Assembly: GCA_046705025.1 (NCBI GenBank)
Contig: JBJKQU010000043.1
Location: 104,961 to 168,960, forward strand
Reading direction: 5' to 3'
DNA length: 64,000 nucleotides
Source of the DNA: Candidatus Kryptoniota bacterium
GTDB lineage: Bacteria > Bacteroidota > Ignavibacteria > Kryptoniales > JAKASW01
Both the position numbers and the translations under genes were made by a program. The first letter of the stretch is position 1; every line of letters starts with the position of its first letter. The notes beneath the pieces are model-generated. The model did not search any database. It was not told where the DNA came from and was given only the letters and a program-made list of their open reading frames with translations. Of the stretch, positions 21,321 to 30,809 are shown piece after piece.

Positions 21321-21351
21321 GAATCCCCCGCCGCTTGCGGAGGGAGGTTCA
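21321..21351. repeat. REP / IS200-IS605-end-like hairpin
   Basis: GAATCCCCCGCCGC-TT-GCGGAGGGAGGTTCA imperfect palindrome; no transposase nearby. Confidence 0.4.
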
Positions 21352-21523
21352 TTTGATCGCGCTGTATATCAGTTCACCCGACTTTTCCTTGATTGTTTCA
21401 ACGCGAAGTTGTAGAATATTTGCGTTTGAGACGTGAGGGCATGAGAAACAATATGTCAGGGACCTGTAGATACTGTTCTCCATGAACCTGTTAAGTGGTA
21501 CCGATTTGTAATGGAGTCTTATC

Positions 21524-22057
21524 ATGAGTGATACACGGATAACGTTTGCGAGGCTTTCGCTGAAGGCGATAGTTGTGCATACAGTCACCTATTTTGCAAT
21601 GGGACTGCCGGCCTTTCTTTTCATGGACTATGCAAATAGGTTCAGTCATCCTAGTTTTAGCGGGTTCATGCGGCTGACCAGCGATCCGCTGGTTGCTGCG
21701 GGACCCTTGTTTCAACCGATAAGGGGACTGCTGTTCGCTTCGGTGTTTTTCCCACTACAGGATGCTTTCTTCCACCGGAAGAACGGCTGGGCTTTAATGT
21801 GGCTCACGCTGGTGGTGATCGGAATACTCTCGACGTTCGGCCCCGCGCCGGGTTCCGTCGAGGGGATGATATACACGACTGTTCCGCTGGGTACGCAATT
21901 GATCGGACTTCCCGAGGTAATTCTTCAGTCGCTGCTCCTCTCCGTGATCCTCTGTTACTGGGTCGACCAAGGCAAGAGCAAGCGGCTCGCGTGGGTCATG
22001 GGAATAGCGTTCGGTCTGGTGGTGATCTTCTCATTGCTCGGAATTTTTGTGCGCTGA
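21524..22057 (+). CDS. Hypothetical integral membrane protein
   Basis: About five hydrophobic segments; GGAG RBS; upstream TTGATT-17-TAGAAT promoter-like sequence. Confidence 0.8.
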   Translation: MSDTRITFARLSLKAIVVHTVTYFAMGLPAFLFMDYANRFSHPSFSGFMRLTSDPLVAAGPLFQPIRGLLFASVFFPLQDAFFHRKNGWALMWLTLVVIGILSTFGPAPGSVEGMIYTTVPLGTQLIGLPEVILQSLLLSVILCYWVDQGKSKRLAWVMGIAFGLVVIFSLLGIFVR

Positions 22058-22091
22058 CCTTCAAGCCGCAGCAGTCGGAAATAAAGCACAC

Positions 22092-22877
22092 CTAGTCGAG
22101 CACGTGGATCCACGGCCTCATCTTCCTCCACTCTACATCAACCCTCCTTTGAAAGAAGTCGGTGAGATTGGACTTCGTCAGTATTTGCTGCGTTTTCCCC
22201 AGTGAATGTACGCTTCCGTTCCGCAGCAGCAGCGTGCACCCGAAAACAGGAAGTATCTCTTCTACATGATGCGACACATAGAACAGCGTGGGGGCATTTC
22301 CAGTCTCGCTCAACCGGCCTATCAATATCAGGAGACTCTCCCTCGCGAATATATCCAATCCGGTGCAAGGCTCATCCAGAATCAGTACCCTCGGGGAATT
22401 CATCAGAGCTCGGGCAATAAGAACCTTCTGCTTTTCACCCTGAGACAGAGTCGCATACCTGCGCTTCACAAGGCTAAGGCATCCGAATTGTCCCATCAGA
22501 TTCTCGGCCCGCTCCAGGTCTTTCTTGTTTGTTTTGTCGTAGAGTCCGATGCTGGCAAACTTGCCGCTCAGGACTATTTCTCCGACTGTCTCGCTCGTCA
22601 GGAGTCTTTCCTGCAATGCTGAACTGACCCAGCCGATAGATTTTCTTAGCTCACGGAGATCGTATGCCCCGAACTCTCGACCCAGCACGCTGACCTCGCC
22701 TTCGGATGGGAAAATATATCCGGTGATCATGTTTAGAAGTGATGTCTTCCCTGATCCGTTCAAGCCGACTATCGCCCAGTGTTCCCCGGGCTCGACGCGC
22801 CAGTTAATATCGGAAAGTATGCAAGATTCCTCCCGCCTCCAGGACACACCTTGCATATGAACTACGGGATCTCTCAT
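22092..22877 (-). CDS. Stand-alone ABC ATPase (ModF/YlmA-like)
   Basis: GLNGSGKT, LSQGEKQ, ILDEP, VSHHVEE motifs; start trimmed to ATG 22877. Confidence 0.9.
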   Translation of the reverse strand: MRDPVVHMQGVSWRREESCILSDINWRVEPGEHWAIVGLNGSGKTSLLNMITGYIFPSEGEVSVLGREFGAYDLRELRKSIGWVSSALQERLLTSETVGEIVLSGKFASIGLYDKTNKKDLERAENLMGQFGCLSLVKRRYATLSQGEKQKVLIARALMNSPRVLILDEPCTGLDIFARESLLILIGRLSETGNAPTLFYVSHHVEEILPVFGCTLLLRNGSVHSLGKTQQILTKSNLTDFFQRRVDVEWRKMRPWIHVLD

Positions 22878-23105
22878 TATGATTTTTGTTCTTTCGGCTA
22901 ATTTCGTTCGATATAACAAAAAATAATCCAATTTTGCATCCCAAGGCAAGCGCATTCCCCAGCCCCGTCACGTGAAATCTCAATGGGGAGATCGAATGTT
23001 TCTATTACTCAGGGAGTACACGGGAGGTTCAATCCGAATCCGTCGATCATGCCTTTGCGGACTTACGGCACGCTTGAGAAACTGCACCCGCTGCAGAAAA
23101 GAGTC

Positions 23106-23456
23106 TTATGCTATCCCAACCTTCGAAAGTACGGTTCTGCAGACAAGGTCAACCACACCCTCTCTGAATTTGTCTATGCGCACAGCGGGCAGTCCTGCTT
23201 CCACGAGCAATTTCATCTCTGCAATGTCCTTTTTTCCCTTCACAAACCACATAAAGTCATCCGGCGATATCTTTCCCGAAGCAACTTCTTCGATCCATCG
23301 GCTCAGATCATCTTTAATGGATTCAAGGAAGTTCTTCACGTCGTACTTCGCCTCGATCAGCGCCCCCCCAAGGATGCTCCTTGCAAGATCAGCGACACCC
23401 GCCGTAACCATTTCGGTGATTTCTTTCACATCCGGCCCGAGAGTTTCTTTCGGCAT
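23106..23456 (-). CDS. Small helical hypothetical protein
   Basis: GGAGGT RBS before ATG 23456; amphipathic-helix composition. Confidence 0.75.
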   Translation of the reverse strand: MPKETLGPDVKEITEMVTAGVADLARSILGGALIEAKYDVKNFLESIKDDLSRWIEEVASGKISPDDFMWFVKGKKDIAEMKLLVEAGLPAVRIDKFREGVVDLVCRTVLSKVGIA

Positions 23457-23759
23457 AGCCACCTCCGATTCCCTCCAGTAGACTGCGTTTGAATTACTTA
23501 GGACTGCTGTTATTTCGGCAAGAACTTGACCGAATACTTCAGAAGAATCACATGCTCCGATACATGTTAAATTATTCACTCCGACGTGTCAAGGGCAATT
23601 TTGAACGGGAGGCTTGCCCGAACACAATAAGACCGGAAATCAACCGGGCCGGCCGCACACGTTTCGGACAACGTTTGGCGGCAGAACCCATCACGCTGCC
23701 TATTGGCCGGTCCGTCGCTCCGGGAGGTGCAAGGGAGGCGGCCTTACTTCCCTTTTTGT

Positions 23760-25070
23760 CTAAGCCTCGACTGCAGCCCTGTCCTTTTTGCTGATATAAG
23801 CGTTGTAGAGTATCATCAAAAAAGTCGCGACAACTCCGATTCCGGTGAGTGACAGCCAGATGCCGGTCGGCTGACCAAGTACCCTAACCACGTTACCGGT
23901 CCTGACAAGGATCGATTGTGTCATCGTGGAATAAAGCCAGCCGCCGAATGCGCCCCCAACGAACCAGGCAATCGCAACCGGAAGAAACGCATAGCCCTGA
24001 AAGAGTGCCTCCTGTCCTTTGGGTGCGTGGTCGGCGATGTATTCGTAATAGCGCGGCGCCTGGGTCATCTCACCGATGGACCAGACAACCATTGCCGCAA
24101 TGATCGTCCATATGTTCGGCTGAATCGCGATAACGAGCCAGCTGAGAGTAGAGACCGCAAAACCGGCTACGATCGCCGTCACCGGCGGCGTCTTCCTGGT
24201 CATCCGGTTTACAACGACTTGCAGGAAAATTATTGCCCACGCATCTATCGATTCGATTATCTCGAATGGGGCGCTCTTGGAGATGAAGTCGGTCAGGTAG
24301 AACGGAATGATAACGAAGACCTGCCAGAACATGATCCAGTATAGGGAAAAGATGAGAAGGAATGCCATGAAACGTCCGTTCCCCATAACCTTCAACATAT
24401 CCTTTATCTTCTGCCCGAGCGACGGCTGTTCGAACGCAAGTGAAGCCTCAGGCTCCTTGAAGAAAATGAGAGTGCCGAAAAACATCAGGGCACAAGTGGA
24501 CGCCGACACGATATAAACCGAGTCAATACCGATCTTGTCTCTGAAGATATATGCGATCACGGGCCCGGTCGCCCCGCCTACGTTGACAAGCGTGTAATAT
24601 ATCGCGTAGCCGAGTGAGCGCGTTTCAGTCCTCGACGAAACCGCTATCGTCCCGAGAACGGAAGGCTTGATGAATGATTCGCCGATTGCGGTAAATATGA
24701 GCACAAAGACCAGTACCCAGAAGAGCGGCATCACATGAGAGAACGGTGCGTATAGAGGCGAGCCGACGGCAAATACGGCGAAATAGCCGATGGCCATCAC
24801 TAGAAAAGCAAAAGAAAAAGACTTGCGGAAGCCGTACTTGTCCGCAAATGTCCCGGCGAAAATCGGGAGAAGATAGACGAAACCTCCGAAGATAGAAGAG
24901 AGCGTCCCCGCATCGACCTCGCTGAACTTCAAGTGATTCCTGAGAAAGATACTCATGACGGCGGCCTGGGCGTAGTAGGCCAGGCGCTCGAACAGCTCCA
25001 GTGAATTAGCTACCCAGAAAGCTCGATGGAAACCTGAAAAGAATCTCTTGATGCGTGAGTCGCTGCTCAT
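23760..25070 (-). CDS. MFS transporter, POT/peptide-H+ symporter-like
   Basis: ELFERLAYY (ExxER-like), FADKYG, FIKPS, IYYTLVNVG; about 12 TM segments. Confidence 0.9.
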   Translation of the reverse strand: MSSDSRIKRFFSGFHRAFWVANSLELFERLAYYAQAAVMSIFLRNHLKFSEVDAGTLSSIFGGFVYLLPIFAGTFADKYGFRKSFSFAFLVMAIGYFAVFAVGSPLYAPFSHVMPLFWVLVFVLIFTAIGESFIKPSVLGTIAVSSRTETRSLGYAIYYTLVNVGGATGPVIAYIFRDKIGIDSVYIVSASTCALMFFGTLIFFKEPEASLAFEQPSLGQKIKDMLKVMGNGRFMAFLLIFSLYWIMFWQVFVIIPFYLTDFISKSAPFEIIESIDAWAIIFLQVVVNRMTRKTPPVTAIVAGFAVSTLSWLVIAIQPNIWTIIAAMVVWSIGEMTQAPRYYEYIADHAPKGQEALFQGYAFLPVAIAWFVGGAFGGWLYSTMTQSILVRTGNVVRVLGQPTGIWLSLTGIGVVATFLMILYNAYISKKDRAAVEA

Positions 25071-25333
25071 AAACCTTCCTTCGATTTTGTTTGTTACTAC
25101 AGTTATGAAATCTGTTTCGACCCATTTGGTGGAGACAACACCATCAAGCGCATGCCTGTTCGGTACAACCGGTATTTATACGAAACCCAATATAATGAAA
25201 AAGTGTTTCCTCCTCCAATGGCATGCGGCGGCTCCACGCACCATACGGAGGATCCTCTTTTTCAAACTGTAAAAAGAGCCGCAAAACTGCTAACTTATCA
25301 TCAATTCATGAAAGGAGTTCCCGTTTAATATAG

Positions 25334-26536
25334 ATGCCATACGTCCCTTATCATCTCATCGGCATAATGCTGTTCATTCTCCCGCTCGCTGCACAGGTTG
25401 TCTTATACAGAATTGTGTCGAACTATGTAGTTGACCTCGGCGCAAAAAGGAGCTTCACCAAGCGATTCCTACTGATCATATTCGTAGTCATCAACATCCC
25501 TTTCGTGCTGATCCGATTATTCCCTCAGATGTTCATCGCTGGTCTTCCGCGTCATCTGATAATGATCCCCTTCTATGCTTATGAAACGCTCAGTATGGCA
25601 ATACTTTTCGTCGCGCTCCTGGTCTACTTAACGAAGCTGCTGCTGGGACCGCTCTCAGCGTTGAAGAACAAGAACGTCCTTGAAAAGAGACGTGAGACCC
25701 AGCTCGAATCCCGCAGGCTCTTCCTGAAGAAGGCGGCTGTCGGGTTAGGCGCTTACACGTTCCTCGGATCGATGTACAGCATTTACAACCGAGACGATTA
25801 CCAGATTGAGAATGTTTCCCTGCGGCTTAGGAATCTTCCCGGCCGGCTGCAAGGACTCAGGATTGTGATGATCAGCGACGTTCATTCGGGGCTGTACATG
25901 ACGGAAGACGACATGACCAAATACAGTGAAGAAGTAAACAAACTGAAACCCGACCTCATCTTCATACCGGGAGATTTTGTGTCTACAAGGACAGACGAGA
26001 TACTGCCGTTTGTCAAGTCATTTTCGGGCCTCAAATCGAAATTCGGAACTTATGCCTGCCTCGGAAACCACGATTTCTTTGCAAACCCGAACGTAATAAC
26101 TGAAAAGCTTCGAGAAAACAACATAAACGTGTTGAGGAACGAAACCTGGGAGCTGGGCATCAACAATGCCAAACTCATGCTCTCCGGAGTTGATGACGGC
26201 AGCCATGCGGATTTCAGGAAAGTCGCATACGAGGCAAACTCCCTTAATACCGCTCGCATCCTCCTCTGCCACAAACCGTACTATTTCGACACGGCGGTAG
26301 AAGGAGGATACGACGCCATGCTCAGCGGCCATACGCATGGCGGCCAGATAGTCCTCGCCAGCCTTCTCGGATTCAAGCTGACGCCTGCTACCTTCGTGTC
26401 TCCCTACGTTTCCGGCAAATACTATCGAGGCGACTCGGTCATGTATGTCAGCCGGGGCGTCGGAACCGTCGGCCTCCCTGTCCGTTTGAATTGTCCCCCG
26501 GAGATTACGATATTCACACTAGAAAAAAAGACGTGA
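25334..26536 (+). CDS. Membrane-anchored metallophosphoesterase (YkuE-like)
   Basis: SDVH, GDFV, GNHD, LLCH, SGHTHGGQ, VSRGVG motifs. Confidence 0.93.
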   Translation: MPYVPYHLIGIMLFILPLAAQVVLYRIVSNYVVDLGAKRSFTKRFLLIIFVVINIPFVLIRLFPQMFIAGLPRHLIMIPFYAYETLSMAILFVALLVYLTKLLLGPLSALKNKNVLEKRRETQLESRRLFLKKAAVGLGAYTFLGSMYSIYNRDDYQIENVSLRLRNLPGRLQGLRIVMISDVHSGLYMTEDDMTKYSEEVNKLKPDLIFIPGDFVSTRTDEILPFVKSFSGLKSKFGTYACLGNHDFFANPNVITEKLRENNINVLRNETWELGINNAKLMLSGVDDGSHADFRKVAYEANSLNTARILLCHKPYYFDTAVEGGYDAMLSGHTHGGQIVLASLLGFKLTPATFVSPYVSGKYYRGDSVMYVSRGVGTVGLPVRLNCPPEITIFTLEKKT

Positions 26537-26537
26537 G

Positions 26538-28616
26538 ATGAGGCTAGCAGCAAGAGTATTTGTTCTTGTTTCCTCTCTACTGGTAATTCTATATGGCATC
26601 CTTCCGGGCTTGTTCCATTCCCAAGGAAACTTTGTCGCGGCGTATGTAGTTGGCAAGGGTTTCCTTGGCGGCATCGACCCGACATCGTTCTACCGATTCC
26701 CGGATTTCCAGAAACTGGTCAATGCCAGCGGGCTTTCACACGCGCTCCTGTCGTTCTCCGCCTGGACGCCCGCTTTTATTCCGCTTGATTCGCTGATCTC
26801 TATCCCTCCACCATTAGTCTCTAAATTCATTCTTACGGCACTTAACATCGTCGCGCTGGTATTGCTTGTCCATGCGTCTGCAAAAGTGTCAAGGGTATCC
26901 GTGAGAATGTCATATTCAATTTTTCTGGCGTCCTCTTTCGCACTCGCATCGAACTTCGGTCCGAGCCAGCCGTACATCGTCCTCGCACTTCTTCTGGTAT
27001 TGGCCTTTTACGCCGCGTCCTTCGACGCAAACGGCACGGCAGGAGTAGCACTTGGAATCATTTTCCCGTTCAAGGTATTTGCCGCAATTCCAGCTGTGCT
27101 TTTTCTCATCTCGAAGAAATGGAGAGCTTTTTTCTTTTTCGTCGCGACTTCACTCGTCCTCATGGCAGTCACCTACCTGATCGTGGGAGAGCCGGTCATA
27201 AAATATTACCTGCAAAGGGTCTTCCCATTCTACCTCGACGGAAGAATCATGAATCCGTTTTCGACCTCGCACCAGACAGCATGGTCGTTTTTCAGAAACC
27301 TGTTTGTTTACAATGCCACTCTCAATGCGCGCCCCCTGCTCTCATCCATGGACGCATATATCCTCGCTGTGTCGATATTCAAGGCGATTGTAATAGTTCC
27401 GCCGTGCTATTTCTTTTACAAGGGCATCGAAAGGAAGGATCTCAGGGAATCCCTCATCGCGGCTTCGTTTCCAATTGTCTTCCTTTCGCCTACGGGGACC
27501 ACCGCTCAAATGATACTTCTGGCACCCGCCATCATCAGCATGGTTCAGATTGCTCTCGAAACTGAGCGAGTAAAGATGGCGCGGTTCTTCGTGATAGTGT
27601 ACGCTATGCTTTGTATACCTATCTATGCTGCCCTTGATACATACCTGGGTGTCACTACGCCGTTCCTGCTGTTTGAGAGGTTTTTGTTGCTGATTGTGCT
27701 GTATGTTACATATTTCGTTTTTCAACTTCATCTTGTTCCCAAGCACTTGTGGGTTGCGCGGGCCGCAGCGACTGCGGGGGTCGTTGTTGCCGTTTCAGTT
27801 ACACTGTACTTCGGAGACCATACGCCGGGGTACCACTTCCCCCCTTCGGTGAAATCTGCCATTACGGGTACCCAACTGAAGGGACCGGCATTCAGTCCCG
27901 GCTTAACTGAAGGGAGAATGACATATATTTCGCTCGACTCGAGTTCGAGGAGTCTTGTTCCACACGATGTCACAGTTCAGGCGGGCAGACCCTTCAACTG
28001 TTACAAATACGTTTCGGATAAGTATGGTGAGAGTTACGCTATTCAGATGGTCGAGAGAGGACGGAACAACTGCTATTTCAGAACCGAGAATGCCGAGGCT
28101 TCCTATGCAGGCAACTCTGTCTCGGTGAGTACGGACGGAAACTGGGGACTGTTCCTGAGGAATGGATCTCTATATCTCCTCGAAATGGAAAGAAAACGTA
28201 TCATGCTGTCCGATAGCCTTGATCTTATGCCGTTTAAGATTCTCGAGGCAAGTTTCAATTACGGCAAGAATAACGAGATCACTTTCGTCATCGATTCGCT
28301 AAACGGCTCGCAGGCTGTTGCCGCATACAACTTTCTGGACCGGAAGTTGACAACGTTTCACGCGCCATTTCATTTTTCTCTTCTCAGCTCGAACTCCAAT
28401 GACTTTTACGTTACTCGTGAGTACGGGGACTCGACCAGCATTTGGATGTTCAACGGAGAGGGTCTTCCCAAGAAACTGCTCTCTGTTCACGGAAATATTT
28501 CCGACGTTACCGTAATCGGTGGCCGCTTATACTTCTCTTCAGATTTCGGCAGAGGGTTGAACCTGCCAACTATTTACGAATACCTGCCTGCAGGCAGCTT
28601 CTCGCTTCGGAACTAG
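26538..28616 (+). CDS. GT87/GT-C-like polytopic membrane protein with C-terminal beta-rich domain
   Basis: About ten TM segments, early GNFVAAYV and mid FKVFAAIP patterns; soluble C-terminus ending RLYFSSDFGRGL. Family is inference. Confidence 0.55.
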   Translation: MRLAARVFVLVSSLLVILYGILPGLFHSQGNFVAAYVVGKGFLGGIDPTSFYRFPDFQKLVNASGLSHALLSFSAWTPAFIPLDSLISIPPPLVSKFILTALNIVALVLLVHASAKVSRVSVRMSYSIFLASSFALASNFGPSQPYIVLALLLVLAFYAASFDANGTAGVALGIIFPFKVFAAIPAVLFLISKKWRAFFFFVATSLVLMAVTYLIVGEPVIKYYLQRVFPFYLDGRIMNPFSTSHQTAWSFFRNLFVYNATLNARPLLSSMDAYILAVSIFKAIVIVPPCYFFYKGIERKDLRESLIAASFPIVFLSPTGTTAQMILLAPAIISMVQIALETERVKMARFFVIVYAMLCIPIYAALDTYLGVTTPFLLFERFLLLIVLYVTYFVFQLHLVPKHLWVARAAATAGVVVAVSVTLYFGDHTPGYHFPPSVKSAITGTQLKGPAFSPGLTEGRMTYISLDSSSRSLVPHDVTVQAGRPFNCYKYVSDKYGESYAIQMVERGRNNCYFRTENAEASYAGNSVSVSTDGNWGLFLRNGSLYLLEMERKRIMLSDSLDLMPFKILEASFNYGKNNEITFVIDSLNGSQAVAAYNFLDRKLTTFHAPFHFSLLSSNSNDFYVTREYGDSTSIWMFNGEGLPKKLLSVHGNISDVTVIGGRLYFSSDFGRGLNLPTIYEYLPAGSFSLRN

Positions 28617-28684
28617 TCCCTCCGCTGCTCCCCCCGTCGCTGCATGCACGAGACACCGGAGGTGCCGCGAAACCCGCAAAATCC

Positions 28685-28713
28685 TTGATTTTCTGCAGAG
28701 TCACTGGTATATT
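28685..28713 (+). promoter_or_regulatory. Sigma70-type promoter of the nucleoside operon (TTGATT-17-TATATT)
   Basis: 17-nt spacing; cdd ATG follows 7 nt after the -10. Confidence 0.55.
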
Positions 28714-28720
28714 TTTTCCA

Positions 28721-29143
28721 ATGCCGAAAGAATCTACCGCGTCAGAGTCTGTCCTGATCACCGCCGCGAACGAAGCAAAGGAAAAATCGGAAGCAAAATT
28801 CTCGCATTTTCGAGTTGGCGTCGCGCTCGAGACAAGCAGCGGAGGCATCTACTCTGCATTTAACATAGAAGCGAGCAGCTACGGGCTGTCGATGTGCGCG
28901 GAGAGGATCGCAATTTGGAAGGCGATCACATCGGGAGAATCTCACTTCACAAGGATCGCGATTGTGTCAGATGCAGAGGATTTTTGCACGCCGTGCGGCG
29001 CATGCAGGCAAGTGTTGTATGAACTCGCGGGCGACATACAGGTCTATATGACAAACGCAAAGGGTGAGCTGAAGAAGGAAAGACTGTCTTCGCTTCTTCC
29101 CGAGGCTTTCACATCAAATACTCTGTTGAATGGAAGAGATTAG
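28721..29143 (+). CDS. cdd: Cytidine deaminase
   Basis: SHFRVGVAL, NIE, CAER and PCGACRQ motifs; start at ATG 28721. Confidence 0.96.
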   Translation: MPKESTASESVLITAANEAKEKSEAKFSHFRVGVALETSSGGIYSAFNIEASSYGLSMCAERIAIWKAITSGESHFTRIAIVSDAEDFCTPCGACRQVLYELAGDIQVYMTNAKGELKKERLSSLLPEAFTSNTLLNGRD

Positions 29144-29705
29144 TTTACATTACGCGCCGCGGGAGACCGGGTGGATCGAGGTCATCTGCGGATGCATGTT
29201 TAGCGGTAAGACCGAAGAGTTGATCAGGCGGTTACGCCGCGCAGAAATCGCCCGCCAGAACGTTGCAACTTTCAAACCGCGCATAGACAAAAGATACAGT
29301 GACGACCATATAGTCTCACACAGCGACGACAGGTTAAAGTCAATAGTCGTCGACTCGGCACTCGAGATTCCTTCCCTGGCGGGTGATGCCCAGGTCGTCG
29401 GCGTTGACGAAGGACAGTTTTTCGGAATGGAGCTGGTAGATGTCTGCGAGTCGCTTGCTACCGCGGGAAAAAGAGTCATCGTCGCGGGACTTGATCAGGA
29501 CTTCAGGGGCAAGCCGTTTGAGCCTATCCCCCAGCTCCTTTCAGTTGCCGAGTACATAACGAAGACACTCGCTATCTGCATGGTTTGCGGAAACCCTGCA
29601 GACAGGACCCAGCGCAAGACGCATCAGGGCGAGCGTGTCCTGGTAGGTGCGAAGGATATATACGAAGCCCGATGCAGGAAATGTTTCGTCCCCCCTGCCG
29701 AATAA
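29130..29705 (+). CDS. tdk: Thymidine kinase
   Basis: GCMFSGKTEEL, DEGQF, AGLDQDF, YEARCRKC. Confidence 0.97.
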   Translation: MEEISLHYAPRETGWIEVICGCMFSGKTEELIRRLRRAEIARQNVATFKPRIDKRYSDDHIVSHSDDRLKSIVVDSALEIPSLAGDAQVVGVDEGQFFGMELVDVCESLATAGKRVIVAGLDQDFRGKPFEPIPQLLSVAEYITKTLAICMVCGNPADRTQRKTHQGERVLVGAKDIYEARCRKCFVPPAE

Positions 29706-29768
29706 GATGAAATTCTTTGATACTCATTTCTTAAGAGCCAACGTAATTCTTTCCAACAGGAGCCAGAA

Positions 29769-30794
29769 ATGAAGAATGGTATTGCGGTCGTTTTCACCTT
29801 TGTTTTGATAACCGGAGCAGCCCTGGTCTTTGAATCATGCGGAAAGAGTCGGCCTGCCGCCCCGCCAAACAGTGAAGTGGGGCTGGTTTTCGACGTCGGC
29901 GGTCGAGGCGATAAATCATTTAACGATCAGGCCTACCGCGGCTTAGTAATGGCCAAGGACAGTCTCGGGATCAAGTACCAGTATATAGAACCCGGCGGCG
30001 GCTCAGACCGAGAGTCGGCGTTGCGCCAGCTTGCAAGCCAGAAAAGCATTGGACTCATTTTCGGGGTGGGATTCATATTCACCGACGATATTACGGAAGT
30101 CGCCAAGGCTTTCCCGGACAAGAAGTTTGCCTGCATAGATTATACTTATGACTCTACGAAGGCTGTTCCGAAGAATCTGATCCCGATAGAGTTCCGCGAA
30201 AATGAAGGTTCTTTCTTAGTCGGCGCAATTGCGGGATTGATGACAAAGACAAACAAGGTCGGCTTCATCGGCGGCATGGAATCGCCGTTGATCAGAAAAT
30301 TCCAGGCAGGTTATCAGGCGGGAGTTAAATATGTCAACCCTAAGTGCAAGGTGCTCGTCGCGTATGCCGGAGTGACCGGCGACGCCTTCAAGAACCCCGC
30401 GAAGGGCAAGGAACTCGCACTGAGCCAGTTTTCACAGGGCGCCGACATCATCTACCATGCTGCCGGTGTTACGGGGCTCGGCGTGTTTGAAGCTGCGCGA
30501 GAAATGAAAAAGTATGCCATCGGAGTAGACATGGACCAGTGGAACGAGGCACCGGGCTACGTCCTGACCAGCATGGTGAAAAAGGGCGACGTCGCGGTCT
30601 ATGACATAATTAAAGAGTGGAAAGAAAGAAAGTTTGACGGCGGCAAACCGAGAGTGTTTGGGCTCAAGGATAACGGAGTAGACTTCGTTTACGACAAGAA
30701 TAATGCTCCCTTAATCCCGGAAAAAGTGTACAAGCGGGTTGAAGAATTGCGTAAGGACATTATTGACAGGAAAATCGACGTTCCCACTCAATAG
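29769..30794 (+). CDS. BMP-family nucleoside ABC substrate-binding lipoprotein
   Basis: Lipobox-like FESC, GDKSFN, GADIIYHAAG, AIGVD, LTSMVK. Confidence 0.93.
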   Translation: MKNGIAVVFTFVLITGAALVFESCGKSRPAAPPNSEVGLVFDVGGRGDKSFNDQAYRGLVMAKDSLGIKYQYIEPGGGSDRESALRQLASQKSIGLIFGVGFIFTDDITEVAKAFPDKKFACIDYTYDSTKAVPKNLIPIEFRENEGSFLVGAIAGLMTKTNKVGFIGGMESPLIRKFQAGYQAGVKYVNPKCKVLVAYAGVTGDAFKNPAKGKELALSQFSQGADIIYHAAGVTGLGVFEAAREMKKYAIGVDMDQWNEAPGYVLTSMVKKGDVAVYDIIKEWKERKFDGGKPRVFGLKDNGVDFVYDKNNAPLIPEKVYKRVEELRKDIIDRKIDVPTQ

Positions 30795-30809
30795 AAGTCC
30801 GCGAACGTA

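Larger units (their letters stand above)
18100..21351. mobile_element. Probable horizontally acquired AT-rich glycosidase islet at tRNA-His (no integrase)
   Basis: Visible shift to AT-rich sequence behind the tRNA; TTGTGAC direct repeats; degenerate tRNA 3'-like sequence and hairpin at the right edge. Confidence 0.5.

Noticed and set aside
28442-28720. N-terminal extension of the cdd ORF
   Set aside because: Overlaps the upstream gene and contains the promoter; homology begins at ATG 28721.
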